From positions 224,001 to 288,000 of the forward strand of contig CAXXWQ010000003.1 in NCBI GenBank assembly GCA_963674945.2: a DNA stretch of 64,000 nucleotides. Direction: 5' to 3'. Origin of the DNA: an uncultured Desulfosarcina sp. (GTDB taxonomy: Bacteria > Desulfobacterota > Desulfobacteria > Desulfobacterales > Desulfosarcinaceae). Under the pieces are notes generated by a model that worked only from the letters and a program-made list of their open reading frames with translations, did no database searches and was not told where the DNA came from. The position numbers and the translations under genes are program-made. Position 1 is the first letter of the stretch. Each line of letters starts with the position of its first letter. Below, in pieces: positions 18,694-28,586 of the stretch.

Positions 18694-20142
18694 TCAGTCT
18701 TCGATAAAAGTATATACTGTTTTCGTTTTCAGATAGGCGTCTACGCCTGCCCAGCCATATTCGAGCCCCCAACCCGATTGCTTGTACCCACCAAAGGGCA
18801 TGGCCGGATCGGCTACCAGCTGGCAATTGAGCCAGACCATACCGGCTTCCACCCGCTTGGCCAGTCTATGTGCCCGTGCACTGTCCTGGGTCCAAACGGC
18901 GCCCGCAAGCCCGTAAGGCGTATCATTGGCCATGGCAATCGCCTCTTCCTCCTCATCAAACGGAACGACGGCGACAACCGGCCCGAAGATCTCCTCGCGC
19001 ATCAGTCGCATGTCCTCGCGAACATTGGTGAGCACCGCAGGTTCCACGAAATAACCGCGCCGATCCAGTCTCTTTCCACCCGTGACCACCTCCACACCCT
19101 GCTCTTTTCCTTCTTCGATAAAGCCCATGACACGTTTCAGCTGTGATTCACTGATGATTGGACCAATGTGGGCGCCCTCATCCTGTGGCCCGCCAAGCTG
19201 CAACGTTTTCGCGAAGTTCGCCAGTCCTTCCACGACCTGTTCGTATATGCCTCGCTGGGCATAAATTCGCGAACCGCAGACACATCCCTGCCCGGACCCG
19301 GCAAAAATACCCACTCCGGCCCCGAGTATGGTCTTGGATAAATCCGCGTCGTCGAAAATCAGAACGGGTGACTTGCCCCCCAGCTCGAGGGTCAGCCGTT
19401 TCAGGTTGCCTGCCGATGCCAGAACAAGTTTTTTTCCAACCTCCACCGAACCGGTAAATGAGAGTTTGTCCACACCTGGATGTGCGGATAGCGCCGCACC
19501 GGTGATGCTGCCGGAACCATTTACCAGATTGACGACACCGTCGGGGACACCCGCTTCTTTCAGTAAATCCATCAATTTCATCGCGGAAAGAGGCGTCAAG
19601 GATGATGGTTTCAACACGCAGGAACAGCCCGCAGCCAGCGCCGGGGCCACCTTTGACAAAGCAACGTACAGCGGCCCGTTCCAGGAAACGATCAGACCGG
19701 CCACTCCGTATGGCTCCTTCAATGTATAGGCATGAAATTGAGACGTTGTGCCGGTAATTCCACCCGTCATCCGGATATCATTTGAGATTCCATAGAGTTT
19801 TGTGCACCAGCCGGCGAAATATCGCACGAACTCCGAACTCGTTGAAATGAGAATGTTAAGCTGCATCTCATTCATTCCCGTATTGCGGGATTCGATTGCC
19901 GCGAGTTCAGCCACATCGCGCTCGAGGATATCGGCCAACCGCCACAGAATCTTGCCTTTCTCGGATGCAGGCTTGAGTCTCCATATACCGGATTCGAAAG
20001 TCTCTCTTGCACGCGCAACAGCCTCGTCGACAGCGTTCTGCCCACCTTCAGGAATCTCAGTGATTTGTTCTTCCGTCGAGGGATCAATGACCGGAATCAT
20101 CTTTGTGCTGCTGTTCTTTTCTCCCGCAATTTGATTCGACAT
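18694..20142 (-). CDS. NAD(P)-dependent aldehyde dehydrogenase (phenylacetaldehyde-DH-like)
   Basis: FTGS, LELGGKSP, catalytic GQGCVC, EEIFGP and PFGGYKQSG motifs; ATG 20142 after AAGGAG. Confidence 0.92.
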   Translation of the reverse strand: MSNQIAGEKNSSTKMIPVIDPSTEEQITEIPEGGQNAVDEAVARARETFESGIWRLKPASEKGKILWRLADILERDVAELAAIESRNTGMNEMQLNILISTSSEFVRYFAGWCTKLYGISNDIRMTGGITGTTSQFHAYTLKEPYGVAGLIVSWNGPLYVALSKVAPALAAGCSCVLKPSSLTPLSAMKLMDLLKEAGVPDGVVNLVNGSGSITGAALSAHPGVDKLSFTGSVEVGKKLVLASAGNLKRLTLELGGKSPVLIFDDADLSKTILGAGVGIFAGSGQGCVCGSRIYAQRGIYEQVVEGLANFAKTLQLGGPQDEGAHIGPIISESQLKRVMGFIEEGKEQGVEVVTGGKRLDRRGYFVEPAVLTNVREDMRLMREEIFGPVVAVVPFDEEEEAIAMANDTPYGLAGAVWTQDSARAHRLAKRVEAGMVWLNCQLVADPAMPFGGYKQSGWGLEYGWAGVDAYLKTKTVYTFIED

Positions 20143-20278
20143 GATTTTCTCCTTCTTGCAGTTTTGAAGCATTGTTAAAAGGCGAAGTCATCTACCTACA
20201 ACACCGTATATTAGAACGACGACGAATTCAGATATCAGGATCAAAAGTCATTGTTGTCGTAACAGGCAAACGCAATCA

Positions 20279-20737
20279 CTAGGTAGCAAGCAACCTTCTT
20301 ACGAATTGAGTGACTTTGCCCAAAGAGACCAACAATTCATCTAGCTCCTTCTTAGAAAGTGGCTCCAGTCTCTCTCGGGTAGTCTTGTAGAACCGATCCA
20401 TCACCAATGAAATGCATTGCCGTCCCTCGTCTGTCAGGGAAACAATGCTCTTTCTACGATCAGTGGGATCCGGCTCTCTGGATATTTTCCCGGTAGCCGA
20501 TAACTCACTGGTGAGCCGCGTCATCTGTGTTTTGGAGATCACTAGTATATCACCGAGTTCAGAAATGCTCATCTTTCCACTGTCATGTAACACCTTCAGC
20601 ACCTCGAAATGATAGCGCGAAATATCGATACCGGGATCTCTCAGCTCTTTTTTGAAGACTTTTTCAATAATTTCACGGAGCACTTTTGGTGAATCCACAA
20701 GCAGTTCCATGATTTTTTCGATGGATTTATCTTCCAT
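20279..20737 (-). CDS. MarR-family transcriptional regulator
   Basis: 152 aa winged HTH; DPTDRRK..VSLTDEG. Confidence 0.88.
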   Translation of the reverse strand: MEDKSIEKIMELLVDSPKVLREIIEKVFKKELRDPGIDISRYHFEVLKVLHDSGKMSISELGDILVISKTQMTRLTSELSATGKISREPDPTDRRKSIVSLTDEGRQCISLVMDRFYKTTRERLEPLSKKELDELLVSLGKVTQFVRRLLAT

Positions 20738-20764
20738 GGAGGCAGTTTAACCCTTTGCATGTAA

Positions 20765-20793
20765 TACACAATGTAAATAGTTTACAATGTAAA
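20765..20793. promoter_or_regulatory. Putative MarR operator (tandem palindromes)
   Basis: Perfect TTTACA-A-TGTAAA at 20781-20793 and imperfect TACACAATGTAAA at 20765-20777, just upstream of the marR start. Confidence 0.55.
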
Positions 20794-20943
20794 TTGTATT
20801 AGCACCGGCAAAGCACCACTGTCAAACTCTTTTTACTGCATGGTCAAAGATGTTGTTGTCAAAACGGACAAATACTCGCGGGCCGTCTGGTGGCAAGGAA
20901 ACGAACAAAAAGGAATAGTGAGTGGTAGAATAAAACGAAGGCT

Positions 20944-21885
20944 CTATTTGAAAGGATATGCCGAACCGAGGATGTTCAATGAGAATTTAAGAATTTTTAC
21001 GATGTGAATTACCTCGAACGCAAGAACGCCGGGGATTGGGAGCATAGTATCCGAAATAAAATTGTGCATTTGTTCACTATCTTTGAATTGTGCAGCGACA
21101 AATATCTGCCATTGACCGGTGATCAGGCTTACATGCCTGGAATTGCTTTGCATTGACAACTCGTTGGCCACTCCATAGAGTGAATCCGCTTGGGATTTAA
21201 TCAGAATGATAACGCTAATTTCATATCCCAGTGCCCTTGGATTAACGATACTGGCAAACCGGATGACTCCGTCGGACAAGAGTTTGTCCAGCCTGGTTTT
21301 TGCATCGGACCTGCTGCAACCAACTGTTTTGGCCAGCGTCGCCATGGTTTGTCTGGGATCCATTTCCATCGCATTGACAATAGACAGATCGATGTCGCTG
21401 GGGAAATGCTTCAACGGTTCTCGAATGGTATCGACTTGGGGCTTGAAATACCTCCATGAATCTCTAACCCATTGATAAGAATGCATAAGATCGAAAGAAA
21501 GAATACCAAGTATATTTGTCAGTTGCTCGGATATCAAGTTTGCCAAGGAAAGCCGATCACGCAAAAGTGCCCATGCCATAATATTGTATCTACCGGCAGT
21601 AAGGGTCACGACCGTCATTGCCGGTAGAGGGGCCAATTCATTGGTCACATCGTCCACTCTTCCTGGATAAGCGTTGATCCCAATCACGATTAAAAACTGG
21701 TATCCCAAAAGCTCAGGGTTGCCAACACACGCTATTTTCAGAATGCCTGCCGATTTTAGTCGGTTCAATCGATAATTAACGGTTGTGCGCTTCATACCGA
21801 TTTTTTTCGCTAAGGTGTGGATCGATTGCCGGGCATCCTCTTCCAGCTCTTCCAGGATCTTGAGGTCGAGTTCGTCGAGTAACAT
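20944..21885 (-). CDS. Double-domain Lrp/AsnC-family regulator (paralog 1)
   Basis: Two HTH + RAM repeats (LDELDLKILEEL.EDAR; DIDLSIVNAM..DPR). Confidence 0.88.
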   Translation of the reverse strand: MLLDELDLKILEELEEDARQSIHTLAKKIGMKRTTVNYRLNRLKSAGILKIACVGNPELLGYQFLIVIGINAYPGRVDDVTNELAPLPAMTVVTLTAGRYNIMAWALLRDRLSLANLISEQLTNILGILSFDLMHSYQWVRDSWRYFKPQVDTIREPLKHFPSDIDLSIVNAMEMDPRQTMATLAKTVGCSRSDAKTRLDKLLSDGVIRFASIVNPRALGYEISVIILIKSQADSLYGVANELSMQSNSRHVSLITGQWQIFVAAQFKDSEQMHNFISDTMLPIPGVLAFEVIHIVKILKFSLNILGSAYPFK

Positions 21886-22159
21886 GATTTCCTCTATACA
21901 TTTTGGTCAAACATCTATTTTCATTTATTATTTTTCGTGGCCCGCACTTATCCTAGTAATTTCGAAATGTCCAGATGATTTTGACAAAAAGGGGCCGCCC
22001 TCCAAGATGTTTAGACGACTTGGTTATGCCCTATTTGCCATATCGTAATTTTTTAGGCCATTTATTAGTCATTTGGTCAATTTAAATTATTTATTATTGT
22101 CATACACAAAACACCGTGATACAGTCAATTGAATAATATGCAAACAGGAGGATTATACC

Positions 22160-24010
22160 ATGACGCAATTGGGTGGGTTTATGGGGAAAGTTCTGCGGGT
22201 TGACTTGAGTTCCGAGAATTTCACCGATGAAACAATAGACGAATCAACTTTGAGGAAGTATTTGGGCGGTACGGGACTGGGCGCTAAAATCATGTATGAT
22301 GAGGTTCCTGCGAATGTCGAGTGGTCTGATCCCGAGAATCGACTGATCTGGTTGACCGGGCCGTTCAATGGTACGAAAGTACCAGGATCTGGACTATATA
22401 CAGTGGCGACGAAAGGTCCCTTGAGCAACATGTTCGTCGCCTCACACTGTAATGGATTCTTCGGTGCCAGATTGAAGTTTGCCGGATATGACACAATCAT
22501 ATTTCAGGGTGCTGCCAAGAATTGGGTCTATCTATACATACATGACGGCACCGCTGAAATTCGCGACGCCTCCCACTTGGTAGGCATGGACAGTTGGGAT
22601 ACCGAGGCAAAACTGAAAGAAGAGATCGGAGAGAAAAAAGTATCCGTTTCATGTATCGGAACTGCGGGAGAAAACCTCGTGAAATATGCCTGCATCTGCT
22701 CCGATCGGGGGCATGTTGCAGCCAGTAATGGGTGCGGTGCGGTAATGGGATCCAAAAAAATAAAAGCAATTGTCGTCCACGGGAATGCAAAAGTTCCCAT
22801 ACACGATAAAGAGAGTTTCAACGCCGATGTCAAAGCATGGTGGCAAGAACTGGAAACGACACTATGGGGCATGATGATCCCTCCGATGGGTACAAGTTGC
22901 CAGTACTCCGCATCCCACGATATAGGATTTCTCGCGGTAAGGAATTACACGGCCAGTATCTTTCCGGAACACACCAAGTTTAACGGGGACAGCCAGCGGG
23001 CCTACTACCAGGGCAAACGCCGTCCTTGCTACGCCTGCAAGTGGGGCCATTGTCACGAGATTGAGCTGAAGTCGGGCCCCCATAAGGGAGAAATTGTCGA
23101 GGAGTCGGAGTATGAGGGCGCGGTTGCATTCAGCAGCAATATCGGCAACACCGACCTTGATGCAACCCATTGGCTGAATAACGTGAACGATCGCCTGGGA
23201 ATGGATGCCAAGGAACAGGCGTCTGTCATCGGCCTGGCCATCGAGTGCTATGAGAAAGGCTTGATCACCAAAGAGGATACCGATGGAATCGAATTGACCT
23301 GGGGCAATGTCGATGCGGTGGAGACCTTGCTGCACAAGATCGCCAAACGGGAAGGGTTTGGTGAAGTATTGGCCGAAGGTGTCATGAGAGCGGCGCAGAA
23401 GATCGGCGGCGATGCCCCGAATTTTGCAGTCCACAATAAAAAGGGACACGCGCCCCATGTCATCGATAGCAGAGGGATGTGGTTCATCATGTTTTCCATG
23501 GCCACCACCGATATGGGCGCCGGCGCAGCCGGGGATATGGGAGACGTTGGAGACCTCTTGCCTACTGTGGGCGCCGAATTTATGAGTCCCGATGCGGCCC
23601 ATTCTCCGGACCATGCCCCCAAAATGCTTCCCATAACGATGCGCAGGGCACAATTCATCGATAGCCTGGGAATCTGTATGTTTGTCTCCGGAGTTCAACT
23701 AAAGCATGTCGCCAAAACGCTAAGTTCCGTTACCGGTTGGGATTTCACCTGGGAGGAGGCCGCAGAAGTCGGTTACAGAATCCATTGCCTGTTACGGCTC
23801 TTTAACATGCGATGCGGACTCACCCGGGAAAACGACGGCGTTTCTCCCAGGATCGCCGAAGCGCCGATCGAGGGGCCTGCCAAAGGGATAAGTGTCGCCG
23901 ATAAATGGGATCAAATGCTCGACACCTATTATGACGGCCTGGGTTGGGATCGAGAAGGCCGCCCGCTTCCCGAAACACTGAATAAACTTGGGTTGGAAAT
24001 GGTGCCATAG
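22160..24010 (+). CDS. aor: Tungsten aldehyde:ferredoxin oxidoreductase family protein
   Basis: 616 aa; YLGGTGLG, GAVMGSKKIKAI, CYACKWGC, D.LGMD, DSLGICMF and YY..LGWD..G.P motifs. Confidence 0.92.
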   Translation: MTQLGGFMGKVLRVDLSSENFTDETIDESTLRKYLGGTGLGAKIMYDEVPANVEWSDPENRLIWLTGPFNGTKVPGSGLYTVATKGPLSNMFVASHCNGFFGARLKFAGYDTIIFQGAAKNWVYLYIHDGTAEIRDASHLVGMDSWDTEAKLKEEIGEKKVSVSCIGTAGENLVKYACICSDRGHVAASNGCGAVMGSKKIKAIVVHGNAKVPIHDKESFNADVKAWWQELETTLWGMMIPPMGTSCQYSASHDIGFLAVRNYTASIFPEHTKFNGDSQRAYYQGKRRPCYACKWGHCHEIELKSGPHKGEIVEESEYEGAVAFSSNIGNTDLDATHWLNNVNDRLGMDAKEQASVIGLAIECYEKGLITKEDTDGIELTWGNVDAVETLLHKIAKREGFGEVLAEGVMRAAQKIGGDAPNFAVHNKKGHAPHVIDSRGMWFIMFSMATTDMGAGAAGDMGDVGDLLPTVGAEFMSPDAAHSPDHAPKMLPITMRRAQFIDSLGICMFVSGVQLKHVAKTLSSVTGWDFTWEEAAEVGYRIHCLLRLFNMRCGLTRENDGVSPRIAEAPIEGPAKGISVADKWDQMLDTYYDGLGWDREGRPLPETLNKLGLEMVP

Positions 24011-24132
24011 GTTTATTGATTCCCATTATAACAAGCATACAGAATGAAAAATTAATTGCGATCTCAATGATAGCGAAGCATTCGAACAGCTCTTCTTTCC
24101 ATTTTTTAATCACATTTCTATAGGAGGATAAG

Positions 24133-24948
24133 ATGACCGATTTTAGTAGCGTAAAGGGTAAAGTTGCGGTTGTGACCGGTGCAGCAAGCGGGATGGGGAA
24201 ATCCATTGCCTCTCTATTTGCCGAAAACGGAATGAAGGTGGTGCTGGCCGACTTCAATGAAGAGGCTGGACAAAAAATCACCAATGACCTGAAAGCCAAG
24301 GGATGCGATGTCGTATTCTGCAAAACGGATGTCAGTAAGGAAAGTGACGTGCAGAACATGGTGAATACAGCCGTTACCACCTGGGGACGCCTCGACGGTA
24401 TCGTCAATAATGCCGGAATTGGTGGCGATTTTGCCCCCCTTCATGAATTCTCCGTGGAAGAGTATGATAAACTCATGGCCATCAACCAGAGAGGTGTCTT
24501 CATGGGTATGAAATATGGCATAGAAGCCATATTGAAGACAAAATCAACATGCGGTTTCGTCATTTGTACCGCCTCCCTTGGTGGCCTGCAGGGAAGTGCA
24601 GGCGTCGGGCTTTATACGGCTTCGAAACATGCAGTGGTCGGTCTTGTACAAAATGCTGCGTTGGATTATGCGAAACATAATATCACCGTCAACGCGCTTT
24701 GTCCCGGAGCAGTGAGAACCGGTATCTGGATGGGGCTGCCCGATGAAGAGATCGATAAATTGGCCGCAGACATGGCGCTCTCTCCCAACGGAAGAGTAGC
24801 GGAACCGTGGGAAATCGGCCACATGGCACTGTTTTTGGCCACGGATATGGCGCGATACATTTCAGGTGCAGCGATTCGGATTGATGCGGCGGCAGGTTCA
24901 GGAAAAGCAATGGATATACCATGGAGACATCCGGAAATTCTTGAATAG
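24133..24948 (+). CDS. SDR-family oxidoreductase
   Basis: TGAASGMG, NNAG and YTASK motifs. Confidence 0.92.
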   Translation: MTDFSSVKGKVAVVTGAASGMGKSIASLFAENGMKVVLADFNEEAGQKITNDLKAKGCDVVFCKTDVSKESDVQNMVNTAVTTWGRLDGIVNNAGIGGDFAPLHEFSVEEYDKLMAINQRGVFMGMKYGIEAILKTKSTCGFVICTASLGGLQGSAGVGLYTASKHAVVGLVQNAALDYAKHNITVNALCPGAVRTGIWMGLPDEEIDKLAADMALSPNGRVAEPWEIGHMALFLATDMARYISGAAIRIDAAAGSGKAMDIPWRHPEILE

Positions 24949-25084
24949 AAGGACAAGTCCAACATACAAAGCTCATCTTGCCTTTGTCAGCCTCTCTTAC
25001 AATTTCAGAATCGGCGTGATGTCCCCTATTATTGGACAAACCGCCGGATGTGAAAAGAAATAAAAAAATAACGTGTTGGTGTAA

Positions 25085-25205
25085 GTCAACGACCACCCAC
25101 AACAAGGGTGGCTTGGATATCCGGTCCATCGGCCGGATATCCAAAAGCATACCGGCGCTATCGTTCGGGTTGTAACCGAGTGCAAAACATCCAGTTTGAA
25201 TACCA
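25085..25205. repeat. ~120-bp double-hairpin element, copy A (inverted homolog of 27136-27262)
   Basis: CCACCC..GGGTGG and GGATATCCGG..CCGGATATCC stems followed by GTTTGAATAC; the reverse complement aligns with 27136-27262. Confidence 0.7.
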
Positions 25206-25237
25206 CCACTCAAACACAAAAACGGGAGGAGTATTAC

Positions 25238-26611
25238 ATGAACGGTACCACGCTGAAAACCACATTGCCCCTGGTGTTAGTGACATTACTGGTGTGTGTG
25301 GCGATGCCGGCTATGGCAAAAGTGACGCCTGAAGAAGCCGCGAAACTGAAAACAGACTTAACCCCCATGGGAAGTGAACGAGCGGGGAACAAAGAAGGAA
25401 CCATTCCTGCCTGGACCGGCGGACTCCCAAAAATCCCCGACGGTATAGACTATGTTACCAAATCCGGAGAACCACACCCGGATCCGTTCGCCGAGGACAA
25501 AATCCTGTTTACCATAACGGCGCAAAATGTCGATCAATATAAAAATAAACTATCTGCGGGTATATTGGAAATGTTCACACTATATCCGGAGACCTTTACA
25601 ATACATGTCTATCCCACCAGAAGATCTGCCGCATATGGTGAAAAATATTATGAGGGGATGTATAAAAATGCCTTGACGGCAGAGGTGCTCGATGACTATG
25701 GCAGTGTAACAAATTTCGTCAGAGGGTTTCCGTTTCCAATTCCCAGAAGCGGCATAGAGGCCATGTGTAATTTTGTTCTCAAACCAATGGGCGCAAAAAA
25801 TATGGTATATAATGTAGGAGGCGGGATTGTACAGGGAAGCGGAAAATGGAACAAACAAGATGCAAAGGATTATTGGGCATATCATATCGATAGTGGAGAA
25901 CCATTTAACCCACAAGACTATATTACTGCAAATATAATTGAAATGACAATGCCCGGCCGCGTGGGCGAATTGTATCTCATGATGGACCCGGCAGACTATA
26001 CGAAAAACGACGCGATCGGCTGGTCATATATACCAGGAATGCGCCGGGTTCGCCGGAACCCCAACATGTTTTACGATGGGCTCGATTCTTCCGCCGGCGG
26101 CATTGGGTGCAGTGACGAATCGTGGATGTGGAAGGGGAAACTCGACCGGTTCGATTGGAAATTGGTCGGAAAAAAAGAGATGTTCATTCCCTATAACACC
26201 TACATGATCGACTCGCTTCCTGACTTTGACGTGATGATGACACCCCATCATCCCAACCCGGAATATGTCCGCTGGGAGCTTCACCGGGTATGGGAAGTCG
26301 TCGGGACCCTTAAGGAAGGTTCTCGGCATATTTACGGCAAAAGACATTACTATCTGGATGAAGACACATGGATAATTTCCATTATCGACAAATACGATAA
26401 GCGTGGAAACCTGTGGCGACTGTCATATGGTTGTGGGACAGAATATTATGACTTTCCTGTATTCCGTCAGACCCAGTACTGGCATTTTGATTTCCAGGTG
26501 GACTATTATGCTGCATTTACTTTTTACAACGGGTATCCGCCCGCTTCTTACGACCCCATACCTGACGATTTCTTCTCGATTCAAAATTTGCGAAAATTGG
26601 GCCGGCGGTAG
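25238..26611 (+). CDS. DUF1329-family secreted protein, paralog 1
   Basis: Signal peptide; LTPMGSERAGN..GTIP.WTGG, PG.RRVRR, RWELHRVW and DEDTW motifs; ATG 25238 after GGAGGAG. Confidence 0.88.
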   Translation: MNGTTLKTTLPLVLVTLLVCVAMPAMAKVTPEEAAKLKTDLTPMGSERAGNKEGTIPAWTGGLPKIPDGIDYVTKSGEPHPDPFAEDKILFTITAQNVDQYKNKLSAGILEMFTLYPETFTIHVYPTRRSAAYGEKYYEGMYKNALTAEVLDDYGSVTNFVRGFPFPIPRSGIEAMCNFVLKPMGAKNMVYNVGGGIVQGSGKWNKQDAKDYWAYHIDSGEPFNPQDYITANIIEMTMPGRVGELYLMMDPADYTKNDAIGWSYIPGMRRVRRNPNMFYDGLDSSAGGIGCSDESWMWKGKLDRFDWKLVGKKEMFIPYNTYMIDSLPDFDVMMTPHHPNPEYVRWELHRVWEVVGTLKEGSRHIYGKRHYYLDEDTWIISIIDKYDKRGNLWRLSYGCGTEYYDFPVFRQTQYWHFDFQVDYYAAFTFYNGYPPASYDPIPDDFFSIQNLRKLGRR

Positions 26612-26644
26612 CAGGATGAAAGACAGCATGTGAAACACGAAGAC

Positions 26645-26683
26645 AACGATAAGGTCGGTAAAACACCGACCTTATCGTTTTTT
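26645..26683 (+). terminator. Rho-independent terminator
   Basis: AACGATAAGGTCGGT-aaaac-ACCGACCTTATCGTT followed by TTTT. Confidence 0.8.
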
Positions 26684-26769
26684 ACGAAGCCACTTGTACT
26701 TACCCCGTGAACGACCATGAATAAAAATTTACATCGAACAGTTGTGTAATTTCGGTCGACCGATTTGAT

Positions 26770-26800
26770 TATATACCCGAGGTTTTCCCTCGGGTATATA
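26770..26800. other. Perfect 13-bp inverted repeat upstream of moaD
   Basis: TATATACCCGAGG-ttttc-CCTCGGGTATATA. Confidence 0.55.
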
Positions 26801-26831
26801 TTGCTTTAACAACGAAGAAGGATCCTTCACG

Positions 26832-27134
26832 ATGGCAAGAGTCGAATTACATGTATATCCCCCACTTTCCTATGAAATGACTTCAAAACGACTTGGCCCA
26901 CATGTTATAGAGGAAGAAATTGACCTTGGTGAAAGACTTGGGGACCTTCTAACCAGATTAGCCAACGGCAGCCAAATCGCATGGAAGAAAATCTTTAATA
27001 CCGATTTGCATCAGATGCGGCCGGGTATCCTGGCAATTCTCAATGGTACAGTTTTGGCCTGGAAAAAAGCGCCAAACACATGTTTGTCAGAAGGTGATCA
27101 GGTAGGTTTCCGAATAACATATCTCGGAGGATGA
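26832..27134 (+). CDS. moaD: MoaD/ThiS-family sulfur carrier
   Basis: 100 aa ubiquitin-like; ILNG, L.EGDQV and C-terminal YLGG. Confidence 0.85.
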   Translation: MARVELHVYPPLSYEMTSKRLGPHVIEEEIDLGERLGDLLTRLANGSQIAWKKIFNTDLHQMRPGILAILNGTVLAWKKAPNTCLSEGDQVGFRITYLGG

Positions 27135-27135
27135 T

Positions 27136-27262
27136 TAGTAGTATTCAAACCGGGTGCTTTGTGCCCGGGACCAACCCAAACAAAGAAAGCAATGATATGC
27201 TATTGGATATTCGGCCTACGGTCGAATATCCGAGTCACCCGCTTTGTGGGTGTTCGTTTACT
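27136..27262. repeat. ~120-bp double-hairpin element, copy B
   Basis: GTATTCAAAC; stem GGATATTCGGCC-tac-GGTCGAATATCC (27205-27231); stem CACCC..GGGTG (27236-27252). Confidence 0.7.
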
Positions 27263-27281
27263 CTGCGCAAGGTGTTTGATT

Positions 27282-28586
27282 ATGCCAAAAGAATTTTCCA
27301 GTAATACGACCAGCTCAAATCAAAATCATGGTATTTGTCTTCAAATCGATGAAAAAGGACGTATCGTACTGCCTCCTGAAATGAAAACCCAATATGGGCT
27401 CAAACCAGGTGCAAAGGTATACCTTTCTGCAGAGAAAAATGGGTTACGCATACGCAACCCGTCGCAACTATTGAAGCTATACATCGAACCAACAAATCGA
27501 TGCAATCTGAATTGCCGTACATGCATTCGCCACAATTGGACGGATCCAGTGGGCATGATGTCCGATGATACCTTTTCCCGCGCAATGAAAGGACTATCTC
27601 AAATTCATCCCAGACCAACAGTGTTTTTCGGTGGTTTCGGAGAGCCGCTTTCTCATCCCAAGATCGTTCAAATGATCGCAACAGTGAAAGGTCTTGGCGC
27701 ATCGGCCGAATTGATCACCAACGGAACATTGCTTACACCGGAACTTTCGCAGCGATTAACAGAGGCAGGAATTGATGTGCTATGGGTATCCATTGATGGC
27801 GCGACGCAGGGAAGTTATTCTTGTATCCGACCTGGTGCTTCACTGCCACAAGTGCTTGAAAATGTAGCCAACTTCCATAACACCATCAAATCGAAATCGA
27901 TTATATCGGATTGTGGCGTTTTCCCCGGTTCCAGGACAAAACTGGGGATTGCGTTTGTCGCAACGAAACGCAATATCGCCGATTTACCTAAGATATTGAA
28001 ATTGGCCCGTGACTTCGAGGCGAGACACCTGATTGTCACCAACGTCTTGCCACACACAAGGGAGATGTGTGATGAACTCCTTTACGATATCACCTCAACC
28101 GAGGATTTATCTCCGGAAACAGTATTGCGCATAAACATTCCAAGGATTGATATGACAGAAACCACTCGCACGCCTTTATATGAAATAATGCGCTACGGTA
28201 CCAATGTCAGCTGGGCCGGCAGCAATTTTGAATCCGTAATGAATAGCTGTCCATTCATAGAAAGTGGTGCTGGGGTAATCGGATGGGACGGCAGTTTCAC
28301 CCCGTGTCTATCACTATTGCATAGTCATACGAGTTTTGTTTTTGGTCGTGAGCGTTTTTCAAAAAAATGGATAATCGGCAACCTGGAAGAAAAAAGTTTA
28401 TCAGACCTATGGAACGACCCGGAACATATTTCTTTTAGAGAACGCGTTCAATCCTTCGATTTTGCACCGTGTACATCCTGCGGTGGTTGTGAACTTGCAG
28501 AGTCCAACGAGGAGGATTGCTGGGGCAATGACTTTCCAACCTGCGGCGGCTGCCTTTGGGCACAAGGTTTAATTCAATGCCCATGA
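27282..28586 (+). CDS. Radical SAM/SPASM protein, tungsten-oxidoreductase maturase type, with N-terminal AbrB-like domain
   Basis: IDEKGRIVLP AbrB motif; CNLNCRTC; C-terminal CTSCGGC...DC.GN.FPTCGGCLWAQGLIQCP; near aor and moaD. Confidence 0.85.
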   Translation: MPKEFSSNTTSSNQNHGICLQIDEKGRIVLPPEMKTQYGLKPGAKVYLSAEKNGLRIRNPSQLLKLYIEPTNRCNLNCRTCIRHNWTDPVGMMSDDTFSRAMKGLSQIHPRPTVFFGGFGEPLSHPKIVQMIATVKGLGASAELITNGTLLTPELSQRLTEAGIDVLWVSIDGATQGSYSCIRPGASLPQVLENVANFHNTIKSKSIISDCGVFPGSRTKLGIAFVATKRNIADLPKILKLARDFEARHLIVTNVLPHTREMCDELLYDITSTEDLSPETVLRINIPRIDMTETTRTPLYEIMRYGTNVSWAGSNFESVMNSCPFIESGAGVIGWDGSFTPCLSLLHSHTSFVFGRERFSKKWIIGNLEEKSLSDLWNDPEHISFRERVQSFDFAPCTSCGGCELAESNEEDCWGNDFPTCGGCLWAQGLIQCP

